DNA of 49,237 nt from Mycobacteriales bacterium (GTDB lineage Bacteria; Actinomycetota; Actinomycetes; JALYNC01). Below are positions 35,989 through 47,416 of this stretch, one piece after another; the first letter of the stretch is position 1; every line of letters begins with the position of its first letter. Under the pieces are notes generated by a model, which ran no database searches, was not told where the DNA came from, and was given only the letters and a program-made list of their open reading frames with translations. The stretch spans positions 1 through 49,237 of the forward strand of contig JBBSHH010000005.1 in assembly GCA_038253225.1 (NCBI GenBank), read 5' to 3'. A program made the translations under genes and the position numbers.

Positions 35989-37058
35989 GCCGCCGCGGGC
36001 TGCTGGGCGCCGTCGCCGGGGTGGCCGCCACCGGGCTCGCCGCCGGCGTCGCCGCCGAGCGGTACGCGATCGGCCGGTACCGGCTGCGGCCGGACCCGGC
36101 CGCGCGGGAGCCCTTCGGCGAGCTCACCGGGGCGGTGCGCACGGTCCGCGCCAGCGACGGCGTCCCGCTGCACGTCGAGGAGGTCGGCCCGGCCGGCGCC
36201 CCGGTCACGGTCGTCTTCGTCCACGGCTACGTGGTCGACCGCCGCTGCTGGCACTACCAGTGGCGCGACCTGCGCGACCTCGGCCGGCTGATCTGCTACG
36301 ACCAGCGCGGCCACGGGCTGTCCGGGCGCGGCGCCAGGGGCGAGGCCACGATCGAGCAGCTCGGCCGCGACCTCGGGTCGGTGCTCGACGCGGTCGCCGC
36401 GGACGGGCCGGTGGTGCTGGTGGGGCACTCGATGGGCGGGATGGCCGTGATGGCCCTCGCCGACGCGCGGCCGGAACTGTTCGGCGCCCGGGTCCGCGGG
36501 GTGGCGCTGGTGAGCACCTCCACCGGACGGCTCGGGGAGCTGATCCTCGGGTTGCCCGCGGCGGTCAGCCGTGGGCTGCGGGCGGTCTCGCCGCGGGCGC
36601 TCCGGCTGGTCGAGCGGCGGGCGGCGCTGCTCGAGCACGGCCGGCGGCTCGGCGGCGACCTCGAGTTCCTCGCGACCCGGTGGTACGCGTTCGGCTCGGC
36701 CGTCCCGCCGTCGCTGGTGGGCTTCATGGAACGCATGATCGCCGGCACCCGGGTCGAGGTGATGGGGGAGCTCATCCCGACCCTGCTCGACCACGAACGG
36801 CTGGCTGCGCTCGACGTGCTGGGCGCCGTCGAGACGCTGGTGCTGGTCGGCGCCCGGGACCGGCAGACCCCGCCCGACCACAGCCGCCGGATCGCGGCCG
36901 AGCTGCCGGCCGCCGAGCTGGTCGTGCTGCCCGACACCGGGCACATGATCATGCTCGAGCGGCCGCAGTCGGTGGAGCTGCTCCTGCGCGCCCTCGTCGA
37001 CCGGTCGTCGGCCGGCCGGCCCGACCCGGCCGCCGGCCCCGCCCGCCGATCCGCGTGA
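35985..37058 (+). CDS. Alpha/beta hydrolase
   Basis: FVHGY, YDQRGHG, GHSMGG nucleophile elbow, GHM; GTGA overlap with alr. Confidence 0.9.
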   Translation: MSRRGLLGAVAGVAATGLAAGVAAERYAIGRYRLRPDPAAREPFGELTGAVRTVRASDGVPLHVEEVGPAGAPVTVVFVHGYVVDRRCWHYQWRDLRDLGRLICYDQRGHGLSGRGARGEATIEQLGRDLGSVLDAVAADGPVVLVGHSMGGMAVMALADARPELFGARVRGVALVSTSTGRLGELILGLPAAVSRGLRAVSPRALRLVERRAALLEHGRRLGGDLEFLATRWYAFGSAVPPSLVGFMERMIAGTRVEVMGELIPTLLDHERLAALDVLGAVETLVLVGARDRQTPPDHSRRIAAELPAAELVVLPDTGHMIMLERPQSVELLLRALVDRSSAGRPDPAAGPARRSA

Positions 37059-37663
37059 ACGCCGACCCGGCGGCGGCCGCCGTCGCCCGGGCCGCCGCGA
37101 GCGCGCCCGACCTCGACGTGCTGGCGGAGCGGGCCCGCGGCTGCGCCGCCTGCCCCGAGCTGGCCGCCGCTCGCACCACGGTCGTGGTCGGTGCGTTCCC
37201 GACGGCCGCCCGGCTGCTGCTGGTCGGCGAGGCGCCGGGGGCCCGCGAGGACCGCACCGGGTTGCCGTTCGTGGGCAAGGCCGGTGCGCTGCTCGACCGG
37301 CTGCTCGCCGACGCCGGCCTGCGCCGCGCGGACGTGGCGGTCGCGAACGTCGTCAAGTGCCGACCGCCGGGCAACCGCACCCCGACGGCCGGCGAGGTCG
37401 GCCGGTGTCGGCACTGGTTGGACGCCCAGCTGGACCGCGCCGACCCGCGGCTCGTCGTCGCGATGGGCGCAACGGCGACCGCCTGGGCGCTCGGCCGCGG
37501 GGTGCGGATCGCCGCGGTGCGCGGCGTGGCGAGGCCGTGGCGGGGTCGCACGCTGCTCGTCACCTACCACCCGTCCGCGGCGATCCGGTTCGGTCCCCGG
37601 GGGGCGCCGATGGCGGCGCTGCGGGCCGACCTCGATCGTGCCGCGCAGCTGGTGGGAGCCTGA
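37055..37663 (+). CDS. Uracil-DNA glycosylase, family 4 ([4Fe-4S] type)
   Basis: CAAC, GEAPG, PFVG, NVVKCRPPGNRTP, fourth Cys, TYHPSA. Confidence 0.9.
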   Translation: MNADPAAAAVARAAASAPDLDVLAERARGCAACPELAAARTTVVVGAFPTAARLLLVGEAPGAREDRTGLPFVGKAGALLDRLLADAGLRRADVAVANVVKCRPPGNRTPTAGEVGRCRHWLDAQLDRADPRLVVAMGATATAWALGRGVRIAAVRGVARPWRGRTLLVTYHPSAAIRFGPRGAPMAALRADLDRAAQLVGA

Positions 37664-37667
37664 CCCG

Positions 37668-38234
37668 GTGCCGCTCACGGTCGACGTACCGAGCGCGGCC
37701 GCGATGCGCGCGGCCGGGGCGGTGATAGCGGAGCTGTTCCGCCCCGGCGACCTGGTGCTGCTGCTGGGCGGCCTGGGCGCCGGCAAGACCACGCTCACGC
37801 AGGGCATCGGTGCCGGTCTCGGGGTCCGCGGCCCGGTGCTGTCCCCGACCTTCGTCATCGCTCGCGCGCACGCCGGTGGGCGGCTGCCGCTGGTCCACGT
37901 CGACGCCTACCGGCTCGGCGGCATCGCCGAGCTCGACGACCTCGACCTCGACACCGCGCTGCCGGACTCGGTGACCGTCGTGGAGTGGGGGGAGGGGCTG
38001 GCCGAGGGGCTGGCCGAGAGCCGGCTGGAGATCCGGCTGGAGATCCGGCCGGTGGTCAGTCCGGGGCCGGCCGTGGACCCGCCGGCCGAGACCCGAAGGA
38101 TGACCCTCCGGCCGGTCGGCGAGCGCTGGGCCGGCGTCGCGCTCGGCGCGGCGCTGCGCCGGACCGGGCTGTCCGATCCGGGCGCCCGGCGAGAGGATCA
38201 GGCCGCCACCCCAGCGTCGGAGGAATCGCCATGA
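37668..38234 (+). CDS. tsaE: tRNA t6A biosynthesis ATPase TsaE
   Basis: GGLGAGKTT, SPTFVI, HVDAYRL, VVEWG. Confidence 0.95.
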   Translation: MPLTVDVPSAAAMRAAGAVIAELFRPGDLVLLLGGLGAGKTTLTQGIGAGLGVRGPVLSPTFVIARAHAGGRLPLVHVDAYRLGGIAELDDLDLDTALPDSVTVVEWGEGLAEGLAESRLEIRLEIRPVVSPGPAVDPPAETRRMTLRPVGERWAGVALGAALRRTGLSDPGARREDQAATPASEESP

Positions 38235-39772
38235 CCCTGTCTCTCGCCACCATCCTGGCCGAGTCGGCGCGCCGTTTTCCCGACCGGCGGGCGGTGGTGC
38301 TCGGGGACGAGGCGGTGAGCTACGCCGAGCTCTGGGAGCAGACCCGCCGGTACGCCGCGGTGCTGGCCGAGCGGGGGGTCCGGGCCGGGGACCGGGTGGC
38401 GTTGCTGCTGCCCAACGTCCCGGACTTCCCGCGCTGCTACTACGCGGTGCTCGCGCTCGGCGGTGTGGTGGTGCCGGTGCACGCGCTGCTGACCGCGACC
38501 GAGATCTGCTACGTCATCGAGGACTCCGGTGCCCGGCTGCTGGTCTGCGCCGGCCCGCTGCTGGCCGAGGGGGCGAAGGGCGCCGAGCTGGCCGGCGTAC
38601 CGGTGCTCTCGGTGCTGGCCGGAGCGGAGTCGGGCACCGACCGGCTGGAGCCGCTCGCCGCCGCCGCCACCCCGGTGGCCGGCCACCGACCGACCGGTCC
38701 CGGCGACGACGCGGTCATCCTCTACACCTCCGGCACCACCGGGAAGCCCAAGGGCGCCGTCCTCAGCCACCAGACCATGGTGCTCAACGCCGCGATCGCC
38801 GCCACCGACGTCGCCCGGATGACCCCGACCGACGTCGTCCTCGGTTGCCTGCCGCTGTTCCACTCCTTCGGGCAGACCTGCGCGATGAACGCCGGTTTCC
38901 GGGCCGGCGCGACCCTGGTGCTGATGCCCCGCTTCGACGGCGCCGGCGCCCTCGACCTGCTGGTCCGCGCCCAGGTCACGATCTTCATGGGGGTGCCGAC
39001 GATGTACCTGGGGCTGCTCGACGCGGCCGGCTCCGACCCGCGCCGGCCGACGCTGAAGCTGGCCTGCTCCGGCGGTGCGTCGCTGCCGGTGGCCGCGCTC
39101 GAACGGTTCGAGGAGGTCTTCGGCGCGACGATCTACGAGGGGTACGGGCTCTCCGAGACCGCGCCGGTCGCGACGTTCAACCAGGAGGCGTTCGGCCGCA
39201 AGCCCGGAACCGTCGGCTGCTCGATCTGGGGCGTGGAGGTCGAGATCGCCCGGGCCGAGGTGGAGGACCGCATCGAGCTGCTGCCGACCGGCGAGCTGGG
39301 CGAGGTCGTCATCCGGGGCCACAACCTGATGAGCCGCTACCACGACCGGCCGGAGGCGACCGCCGAGGCGATCATCGACGGCTGGTTCCGCTCCGGTGAC
39401 CTCGGCACCCTGGACTCGGACGGCTTCGTCACGATCGTGGACCGCAAGAAGGACATGGTGCTGCGGGGTGGCTACAACGTCTATCCCCGCGAGGTCGAGG
39501 AGGTGCTCGCCCGCCATCCCGCGGTCGCGCAGGTCGCGGTGATCGCGGTGCCGGACGCCAAGCTCGGCGAGGAGGTGTGCGCGGTGGTGCTGCGCAGCCG
39601 GGAGTACGCCGACCGCGAGGAGGACGAGCTGCGCGCCGAGCTCCTCGGCTGGGGCAAGGAGCGGCTGGCCCGGCACAAGTACCCACGCCGGGTCGAGTTC
39701 GTCGCGGCGTTCCCGCTCGGCCCGTCGGGGAAGGTCCTCAAGCGCGAGCTCAAGGCGGCGTACGCCGGCTGA
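38231..39772 (+). CDS. Long-chain fatty acid--CoA ligase (AMP-binding family)
   Basis: YTSGTTGKPKG, EGYGLSET, WFRSGDLG, VDRKKD, GPSGKVLK; ATGA overlap with tsaE. Confidence 0.9.
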   Translation: MTLSLATILAESARRFPDRRAVVLGDEAVSYAELWEQTRRYAAVLAERGVRAGDRVALLLPNVPDFPRCYYAVLALGGVVVPVHALLTATEICYVIEDSGARLLVCAGPLLAEGAKGAELAGVPVLSVLAGAESGTDRLEPLAAAATPVAGHRPTGPGDDAVILYTSGTTGKPKGAVLSHQTMVLNAAIAATDVARMTPTDVVLGCLPLFHSFGQTCAMNAGFRAGATLVLMPRFDGAGALDLLVRAQVTIFMGVPTMYLGLLDAAGSDPRRPTLKLACSGGASLPVAALERFEEVFGATIYEGYGLSETAPVATFNQEAFGRKPGTVGCSIWGVEVEIARAEVEDRIELLPTGELGEVVIRGHNLMSRYHDRPEATAEAIIDGWFRSGDLGTLDSDGFVTIVDRKKDMVLRGGYNVYPREVEEVLARHPAVAQVAVIAVPDAKLGEEVCAVVLRSREYADREEDELRAELLGWGKERLARHKYPRRVEFVAAFPLGPSGKVLKRELKAAYAG

Positions 39773-39831
39773 CCGCCCGGCCAGCCCGACGGCTCGACAG
39801 CGGTGCCCGATCCCGCGGTTAGCCTGGCCCG

Positions 39832-40467
39832 GTGCTGCTGCTCGCGTTCGACACCGCCACCCCGGCGGTGACCGTGGCGCTGCACGACGGTGTGCGGGTG
39901 CTGGCCGAGACCGCGACCGTGGACCCCCGCCGGCACGGGGAGCTGCTGGCGCCGGCGATCGCGGCGGTGCTCGCGGCGGGCGGCGCCGACCGCCGGGAGC
40001 TCACCGCGATCGGCGTCGGCCTGGGTCCGGGGCCGTTCACCGGCCTGCGGGTCGGGGTGGTCACCGCGGCCGTGCTCGCGGACACCCTCGGGCTGCCGGC
40101 GTACGGCGCCTGCTCACTCGACGCGCTCGCGGTCGGCGTTCCCGGCCCGGTCGTGGTCGCCACCGACGCCCGCCGGCGCGAGGTCTACTGGGCCGGCTAT
40201 GACGCGGCCGGCGCCCGGACGGCCGGCCCGGCGGTGCAGCGCCCGGCCGACGTGCCGCTGGCCGGCCGGCCGGTGCTCGGCCCGGCGGTGGCGCTCTACC
40301 CCGAGCTGCTGCCCGGCACCGTCCGGCAGCTGCGGGCCGGGGCGCTGGCCGGGCTGCTCGCCGCCCGAGCCGGCCGCGACGAGCCGGCGGACCGGCTCAC
40401 GCCGCTGTACCTGCGCCGGCCCGACGCGGTGGCGCCCGGCCGGCCGAAGGCGGTGACGCCGGCGTGA
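39832..40467 (+). CDS. tsaB: tRNA t6A biosynthesis protein TsaB
   Basis: LAFDTAT, GPGPFTGLRVG, DARRREVY, PLYLRRPDA. Confidence 0.95.
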   Translation: MLLLAFDTATPAVTVALHDGVRVLAETATVDPRRHGELLAPAIAAVLAAGGADRRELTAIGVGLGPGPFTGLRVGVVTAAVLADTLGLPAYGACSLDALAVGVPGPVVVATDARRREVYWAGYDAAGARTAGPAVQRPADVPLAGRPVLGPAVALYPELLPGTVRQLRAGALAGLLAARAGRDEPADRLTPLYLRRPDAVAPGRPKAVTPA

Positions 40468-40967
40468 GGACCCGGCCGATGCGCTGGTGGGACCTGCAGC
40501 GGGTGCTGCCGATCGAGCGTGACCTGTTCGCGGCGGACGCCTGGTCCAAAGGCCTGTTCTGGTCCGAGCTGGCGCAGCGGGATACCCGGCGCTACCTCGT
40601 CGCCGAGGCCGCGGACCCGACCGAGCTGGTGGGCTACGCCGGGCTCTGCGTCTACCCCGACCTGGCCTACGTCCAGACGATGGCGGTCCGCCGCGACCAG
40701 TGGGGATCGGGCACCGGCACCGCGCTGCTGACCGCGCTGCTAGCCGACGCCGCCGCCCACGGCCGCGACCTCGTCGGCCTGGAGGTGCGGGCCGACAACG
40801 TGCGGGCGCAGCGGCTGTACCGCCGGTTCGGCTTCACCCCGGTCGGGTTCCGGCGCGGCTACTACCAGCCCAGCGGCGCCGACGCGGTCGTCATGCAGCG
40901 GCGCGCCGCCGACCCGGCCGGCGCGCGGGCGGCGAGTGGCACGGCTGGTGGCACCAGTGGTGGCTGA
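40464..40967 (+). CDS. rimI: Ribosomal-protein-alanine N-acetyltransferase
   Basis: [34 protein letters not shown]; between tsaB and tsaD. Confidence 0.92.
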   Translation: MRTRPMRWWDLQRVLPIERDLFAADAWSKGLFWSELAQRDTRRYLVAEAADPTELVGYAGLCVYPDLAYVQTMAVRRDQWGSGTGTALLTALLADAAAHGRDLVGLEVRADNVRAQRLYRRFGFTPVGFRRGYYQPSGADAVVMQRRAADPAGARAASGTAGGTSGG

Positions 40968-41976
40968 GCCGCTGGTCCTCGGCATCGAGACCTCCTGTGA
41001 CGAGACCGGGGTCGGGCTGGTCCGCGGCACCACCCTGCTCGCCGACGCCGTCGCGTCCAGCGTCGCCGAGCACGCCCGCTTCGGCGGGGTGGTGCCGGAG
41101 GTCGCCAGCCGCGCGCACCTCGAGGCGATGGTGCCGACCGTGCGCCGAGCGCTGGCCGCCGCCGGCGTCCGGGCCGCTGACGTGGACGCGGTCGCGGTCA
41201 CCGCCGGCCCCGGTCTGGCCGGAGCGCTGCTCGTCGGCGTTGCCGCGGCGAAGGCCTACGCGCTCGCCCTCGACCGGCCGCTCTACGGCGTCAACCACCT
41301 CACCGCCCACGTCGCGGTGGACGCGCTGGAGCACGGCCCGCTCCCCGCCCCGTGCGTGGCGTTGCTCGTCTCCGGCGGCCACTCCTCGCTGCTCGTGGTG
41401 GCCGACATCACCGCGCCGGTGGAACCGCTCGGCGCGACCGTCGACGACGCCGCCGGCGAGGCGTTCGACAAGGTGGCCCGGGTCCTGGGGCTGCCCTTCC
41501 CCGGCGGCCCGCACATCGACCGGATGGCCCGCACCGGCGCGCCCGACGCGATCGGCTTCCCCCGCAGCACCGTCGCCGGCCGCTACGACTTCTCGTTCTC
41601 CGGCCTGAAGACCGCCGTCGCGCGCTGGGTGGAGGCCGCCGACCGCGCCGGCCGGCCGGTGCCGACAGCGGACGTCGCCGCGAGCTTCCAGGAGGCCGTC
41701 GTCGACGTGCTCACCCGGACCGCGGTCGCCGCCTGCCGGGATCGGGGCATCCCCGACCTGGTCATCGGTGGCGGGGTGGCCGCGAACGGGCGGCTGCGCG
41801 CGCTCGCCGCCGAGCGCAGCGCCGCCGCCGGGATCCGGCTGCGCATCCCCCGCCCGGCGCTGTGCACCGACAACGGGGCGATGGTGGCGGCTCTCGGCGC
41901 CCACCTCGTCGCCGCCGGTGTCGCACCGTCGCCGCTGGACCTGCCGGCCGACTCGGCGCTGGCTCTGCTGCCGTGA
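40960..41976 (+). CDS. tsaD: tRNA N6-adenosine threonylcarbamoyltransferase (start could be 40957 or 40936)
   Basis: [50 protein letters not shown]. Confidence 0.97.
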   Translation: MAEPLVLGIETSCDETGVGLVRGTTLLADAVASSVAEHARFGGVVPEVASRAHLEAMVPTVRRALAAAGVRAADVDAVAVTAGPGLAGALLVGVAAAKAYALALDRPLYGVNHLTAHVAVDALEHGPLPAPCVALLVSGGHSSLLVVADITAPVEPLGATVDDAAGEAFDKVARVLGLPFPGGPHIDRMARTGAPDAIGFPRSTVAGRYDFSFSGLKTAVARWVEAADRAGRPVPTADVAASFQEAVVDVLTRTAVAACRDRGIPDLVIGGGVAANGRLRALAAERSAAAGIRLRIPRPALCTDNGAMVAALGAHLVAAGVAPSPLDLPADSALALLP

Positions 41977-42911
41977 CCGGCTTCGTGCTGCTGGCGCTCA
42001 GCGCCGGACTGCTCGTCGCCGGCGCGGAGCTCTTCGTCGACAACGCGGCCGCCGCCGGCCGCCGGCTCGGGGTCAGCGTGCTCGCGGTCGGTCTGCTGCT
42101 CGCCGGGGCCGAGCCGGAGGAGCTCATCACCGGGATCGTCGCCTCGGCGGCGCACCGGCCGGGGCTGGCCGCCGGGGACGCCCTCGGCGCCAACGTCACG
42201 ATGCTCACCCTGACCCTCGGGCTGGCCGCGCTGGTCCGGCCGGTGCCGCTCGGCCGGCGGGTCCGGTCCTACGCCGTCCTGGCCGCCGCGGCCGGCGGCG
42301 CCGGGCTGCTCGCCCTCGCCGACGGCCGGGTGTCCCGCCCGGAGGGAGCGGGCCTGCTCGCGGCGTACGCCGCGCTGGTGGGGCTGGTCTGGTGGCGGGA
42401 GCGGACCCCGCCGCTGCTGGGCGAGCTCGCCGAGATCGCCGAGCTCGCCTCGGACGCCGGTCACCCCACGGGTCGGGCGCCCGGGGTGGGGCTGCTGCTG
42501 GCGCTCGCCGGGGTGGCGGTGATGGCGGTCGGCGGCCGGCTCGCGGTGGCCGGTGCCGTGCGGGTGGTGGACCTGCTAGGCGCCTCGGACAGCGCCGTCG
42601 GGCTGAGCTTCCTGGCGCTGGCCACGACCGCGGAGCTGTTCGCGCTGGTGTGGGCCGCGGCCCGTCGTGGCGCCGAGGAGGTCGCGGTCGCCGGGGTGGT
42701 CGGCTCGGCGGCGTACAACGCCACCGCCACGCTCGGCGCCGCGGCCCTGACCCGTCCGCTGGTGGTGGCTGGGCTGCGGCCGGCGGCGCTGACGTCGGCG
42801 CTGCTCCCGATCGGGGTGCTCCTGCTCGCCCCCCACGGCCGGCTCGGGCGGCCCGCCGGCGGCCTGCTGGTCGCCGGCTACGCCGTGTTCCTCGTGCTGG
42901 TCCTGCGCTGA
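41973..42911 (+). CDS. Sodium/calcium exchanger (CaCA, YrbG-like) membrane protein
   Basis: Two-repeat hydrophobic protein with alpha-repeat-like GAEPEEL..GDALGAN and [15 protein letters not shown]; GTGA overlap. Confidence 0.78.
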   Translation: MTGFVLLALSAGLLVAGAELFVDNAAAAGRRLGVSVLAVGLLLAGAEPEELITGIVASAAHRPGLAAGDALGANVTMLTLTLGLAALVRPVPLGRRVRSYAVLAAAAGGAGLLALADGRVSRPEGAGLLAAYAALVGLVWWRERTPPLLGELAEIAELASDAGHPTGRAPGVGLLLALAGVAVMAVGGRLAVAGAVRVVDLLGASDSAVGLSFLALATTAELFALVWAAARRGAEEVAVAGVVGSAAYNATATLGAAALTRPLVVAGLRPAALTSALLPIGVLLLAPHGRLGRPAGGLLVAGYAVFLVLVLR

Positions 42912-42922
42912 GCGGTGCCCGG

Positions 42923-42952
42923 TTGACGCCGCACACCGTCGCGGCCTAGATT
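42923..42952 (+). promoter_or_regulatory. groES promoter
   Basis: TTGACG-N18-TAGATT. Confidence 0.8.
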
Positions 42953-42957
42953 CAGGG

Positions 42958-42984
42958 CTGGCACTCCGCACCCGAGAGTGCCAG
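42958..42984. promoter_or_regulatory. CIRCE element (HrcA operator)
   Basis: CTGGCACTC-N9-GAGTGCCAG over the predicted transcription start. Confidence 0.95.
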
Positions 42985-43041
42985 CACGGCCAGGCACCTG
43001 GACCCCGCGACGGCAGGGCGCTTGGCCACCCCACCCAATGA

Positions 43042-45114
<2,073 letters not shown>

Positions 45115-45143
45115 TCGAGGGGCCCGTCCCGCACCACCAAGCG

Positions 45144-45181
45144 AGGCCCGGCAGCGCAATGCGCTGCCGGGCCTGTTTTCT
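45144..45181 (+). terminator. Intrinsic terminator of groES-groEL, possibly bidirectional
   Basis: 14-bp perfect stem aggcccggcagcgc-aat-gcgctgccgggcct followed by gttttct. Confidence 0.88.
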
Positions 45182-45223
45182 GCCGCACGGCCGGCGGGAG
45201 GGTCAGGCCCGGCGGTGCGGCCG

Positions 45224-45526
45224 TCAGCTTGCGGTCCGCACCCGTCGACCGGTGCGCTCGGCGAGGATCGACTCCCGTTCGTACTCGGACAGCCCGCCCC
45301 ACACCCCGTAGGGCTCGTGGGCGTCGAGTGCCGCAGCGGCGCACTCGGCGACCACCGGGCAGGTCGCGCAGACGGCCTTGGCGGCCAGCTCGCGGGCGAC
45401 GCGGGCCGGCCCGCGTTCGCCCTCCGGATGGAAGAACAGCGTTCCGTCCACGCGGCGGCAGGCGCCGCGAAGCTGCCATTCCCACTTCTGGGCGGTCGGG
45501 CCAGGGAGCCGCCGGATATCGGTCAC
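45224..45526 (-). CDS. whiB3: WhiB-family Fe-S regulator, WhiB3/WhiD clade
   Basis: RLPGP..WEWQLRGAC, FFHPEGERG, AKAVCATCPV..C, EPYGVWGGLSE; position after groEL1. Confidence 0.92.
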   Translation of the reverse strand: MTDIRRLPGPTAQKWEWQLRGACRRVDGTLFFHPEGERGPARVARELAAKAVCATCPVVAECAAAALDAHEPYGVWGGLSEYERESILAERTGRRVRTAS

Positions 45527-45578
45527 GTCGTCCGTCCTTCCGGGTCGCGAACCGGAGCCCCCGGTTGCGCCGCACAGG

Positions 45579-45607
45579 ACACTAGTACCGCGCCACAGGT
45601 TGTTCAA
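45579..45607 (-). promoter_or_regulatory. Candidate housekeeping sigma promoter for whiB3
   Basis: TTGAAC-N17-TAGTGT on the minus strand. Confidence 0.6.
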
Positions 45608-45719
45608 CCCGACGGCCCGGATGTGGTCAGCCGCGCCCGGCCTCCGGTGGCGGGGGCCCGGCCGGCCCCCCATCATCGGTTCTGTGACGGCAGCGACGGA
45701 CCGAGGTCAGGGGGACCCG

Positions 45720-46634
45720 ATGGACGAACCCCGGCTGACCGTCGCGGCGGTGGCCCGCCGGCTGGGGATCGCGCCGGCCACGCTGCGCACCTGGGACCGC
45801 CGGTACGGCCTCGGTCCGAGCAGCCACCCCACCGGGTCGCACCGCCGGTACGCCCCCGATGACCTGGATCGGCTGGAGGTCATGCGACGGCTGACCCTCG
45901 ACGGCGTGGCCCCGGCGGACGCCGCCCGACTGGCCGTTCGCGGGGCGCCCGCACCGCCACCTCCGGCGGCCGGCACCGCCGGCACCGGCGGCTCCGGCGG
46001 CCGGGTCCTCGCGCTGCCCGGCGCGCCGCCGGACGTCCGCGGCCTGGCCCGGGCCGCGATGTCGCTCGACGCCGCCACGATCAGCACCGGTCTGGCCGCC
46101 GGCCTCGCCGCCTCCGGTGTCGTGGCGACGTATGAGAACCTGCTCCGCCCGGTGCTGGTCGCGGCCGGTCGCCGCTGGGCCCGTACCGGGCAGGGCGTCG
46201 ACGTCGAACACCTGCTCTGCGAGGCCGCGGCCGCGATCCTGCGGCAGCGCACCGCCGCGCTGGTGGCGCCGATCAACGTCCGGCCGGTGCTGCTGGCCTG
46301 CGCCCCGGAGGAGCGGCACAGCCTGCCGCTGCACGTGCTGGCGGCGGCGCTGGCCGAGCGTGGCATCGGCACCCGCAACCTCGGGGCGGCGCTCCCCGTC
46401 GGGGGGCTGGTCGCCGCGGTCCGCCGGACCGGCCCGGTGGCGGTGTTCGTCTGGGCCCAGCTGCCGCACACCGGCGAGGTCGCGGTGCTCGACGCTGTAC
46501 CGGTCACCCGACCGTCGCTGACCCTGGTCGCGGGCGGCCCCGGGTGGCCAGCCGGGCAGCTCCCGGCCCGGGTCACGCTCGCCGCCGACCTGGCGGCGGC
46601 ACTGGCCGCCATCGGTGCGGCCGTCGGGATCTGA
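45720..46634 (+). CDS. MerR-family HTH regulator with cobalamin-binding-like domain (CarH/LitR-like); alternative start GTG 45684
   Basis: LTVAAVARRLGIAPATLRTWDRRYGL..HRRY; W-x9-EH; EERHSLP Rossmann-type segment. Confidence 0.85.
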   Translation: MDEPRLTVAAVARRLGIAPATLRTWDRRYGLGPSSHPTGSHRRYAPDDLDRLEVMRRLTLDGVAPADAARLAVRGAPAPPPPAAGTAGTGGSGGRVLALPGAPPDVRGLARAAMSLDAATISTGLAAGLAASGVVATYENLLRPVLVAAGRRWARTGQGVDVEHLLCEAAAAILRQRTAALVAPINVRPVLLACAPEERHSLPLHVLAAALAERGIGTRNLGAALPVGGLVAAVRRTGPVAVFVWAQLPHTGEVAVLDAVPVTRPSLTLVAGGPGWPAGQLPARVTLAADLAAALAAIGAAVGI

Positions 46635-46684
46635 TTCCCCAGCGCCGGCCCGGATGCGGACGTGCGGAAACCCGTCGGCCGGCC

Positions 46685-46713
46685 CTCATCCTTCGGCCCG
46701 AACCTGCCGAAAG
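46685..46713 (+). promoter_or_regulatory. Candidate FliA/WhiG (sigma-28 family) promoter, leaderless
   Basis: CTCA-N17-GCCGAAAG, 7 nt before the bldM ATG, no SD. Confidence 0.6.
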
Positions 46714-46720
46714 ACTCGGC

Positions 46721-47329
46721 ATGACCAGCGTTCTCATCTGTGACGACCACCGGCACGTGCGGGACCACCTACGGCGAGCCGTCGCCGCCGTACCGGGTGT
46801 CTCCCGGGTCGACGTCGCCGGCAGCGGCGAGGAGGTGCTGACCCGCTTTCCGATGGAGCGGCCCGACCTGGTGCTGATGGACGTGGCGATGCCCGGCATC
46901 GGTGGTGTCGAGACGACCCGCCGGCTGGTCTCCCGGCACCCCGACGCGAACGTGGTCATGCTCACCGTCGCCACCGACCGGGACACGGTCGCGCATGCCG
47001 TCGCCGCCGGCGCCCGCGGGTACCTCGGCAAGGACGTCTCCCACGAGGAGCTCTGCGCCGCGGTGGCGCACGCGCTCGGCGCCGCCGACCTGATGGAGCC
47101 GGTCCGCCGGCCCCGCAGCGACCTGCACGACCCGCCGGCGCTGACCGAACGCGAGATGCAGGTGCTGCGCGGGATGAGCCAGGGCAAGAGCAATGGCGCG
47201 ATCGGCCGCGAGCTCTACCTCTCCGAGGACACCGTCAAGACTCACGCCCGCCGGCTGTTCCGCAAGCTCGGGGTCGGCGACCGGGCGCAGGCCGTCGCGC
47301 TCGGCTTCCGCCACGGTCTGGTCCGCTAG
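46721..47329 (+). CDS. bldM: NarL/LuxR-family orphan response regulator, BldM ortholog
   Basis: MTSVLICDD..LRRAVAAVPGV, DLVLMDVAMPG, IGRELYLSEDTVKTHARRLFRKLG..AVALGFRHGLVR, closely resembling Streptomyces BldM as I recall it; synteny with whiD and guaB. Confidence 0.88.
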   Translation: MTSVLICDDHRHVRDHLRRAVAAVPGVSRVDVAGSGEEVLTRFPMERPDLVLMDVAMPGIGGVETTRRLVSRHPDANVVMLTVATDRDTVAHAVAAGARGYLGKDVSHEELCAAVAHALGAADLMEPVRRPRSDLHDPPALTEREMQVLRGMSQGKSNGAIGRELYLSEDTVKTHARRLFRKLGVGDRAQAVALGFRHGLVR

Positions 47330-47416
47330 CCCTCAGCCCTCAGCCCTCAGCCCCTGGCCGCCTCGGCCCCCCGACCACCGCAGCCGGAGCCGCAGCCGGA
47401 GCCGGAGCCGGAGCCG
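47328..47416. repeat. Two microsatellite-like tracts (agccctc x3+, ccg(c/g)ag x6)
   Basis: 47328-47353 and 47378-47416, between convergent stops. Confidence 0.8.

Noticed and set aside
37055-37663. UdgX assignment
   Set aside because: Lacks the KRRIH loop and has GEAPG rather than GEQPG.
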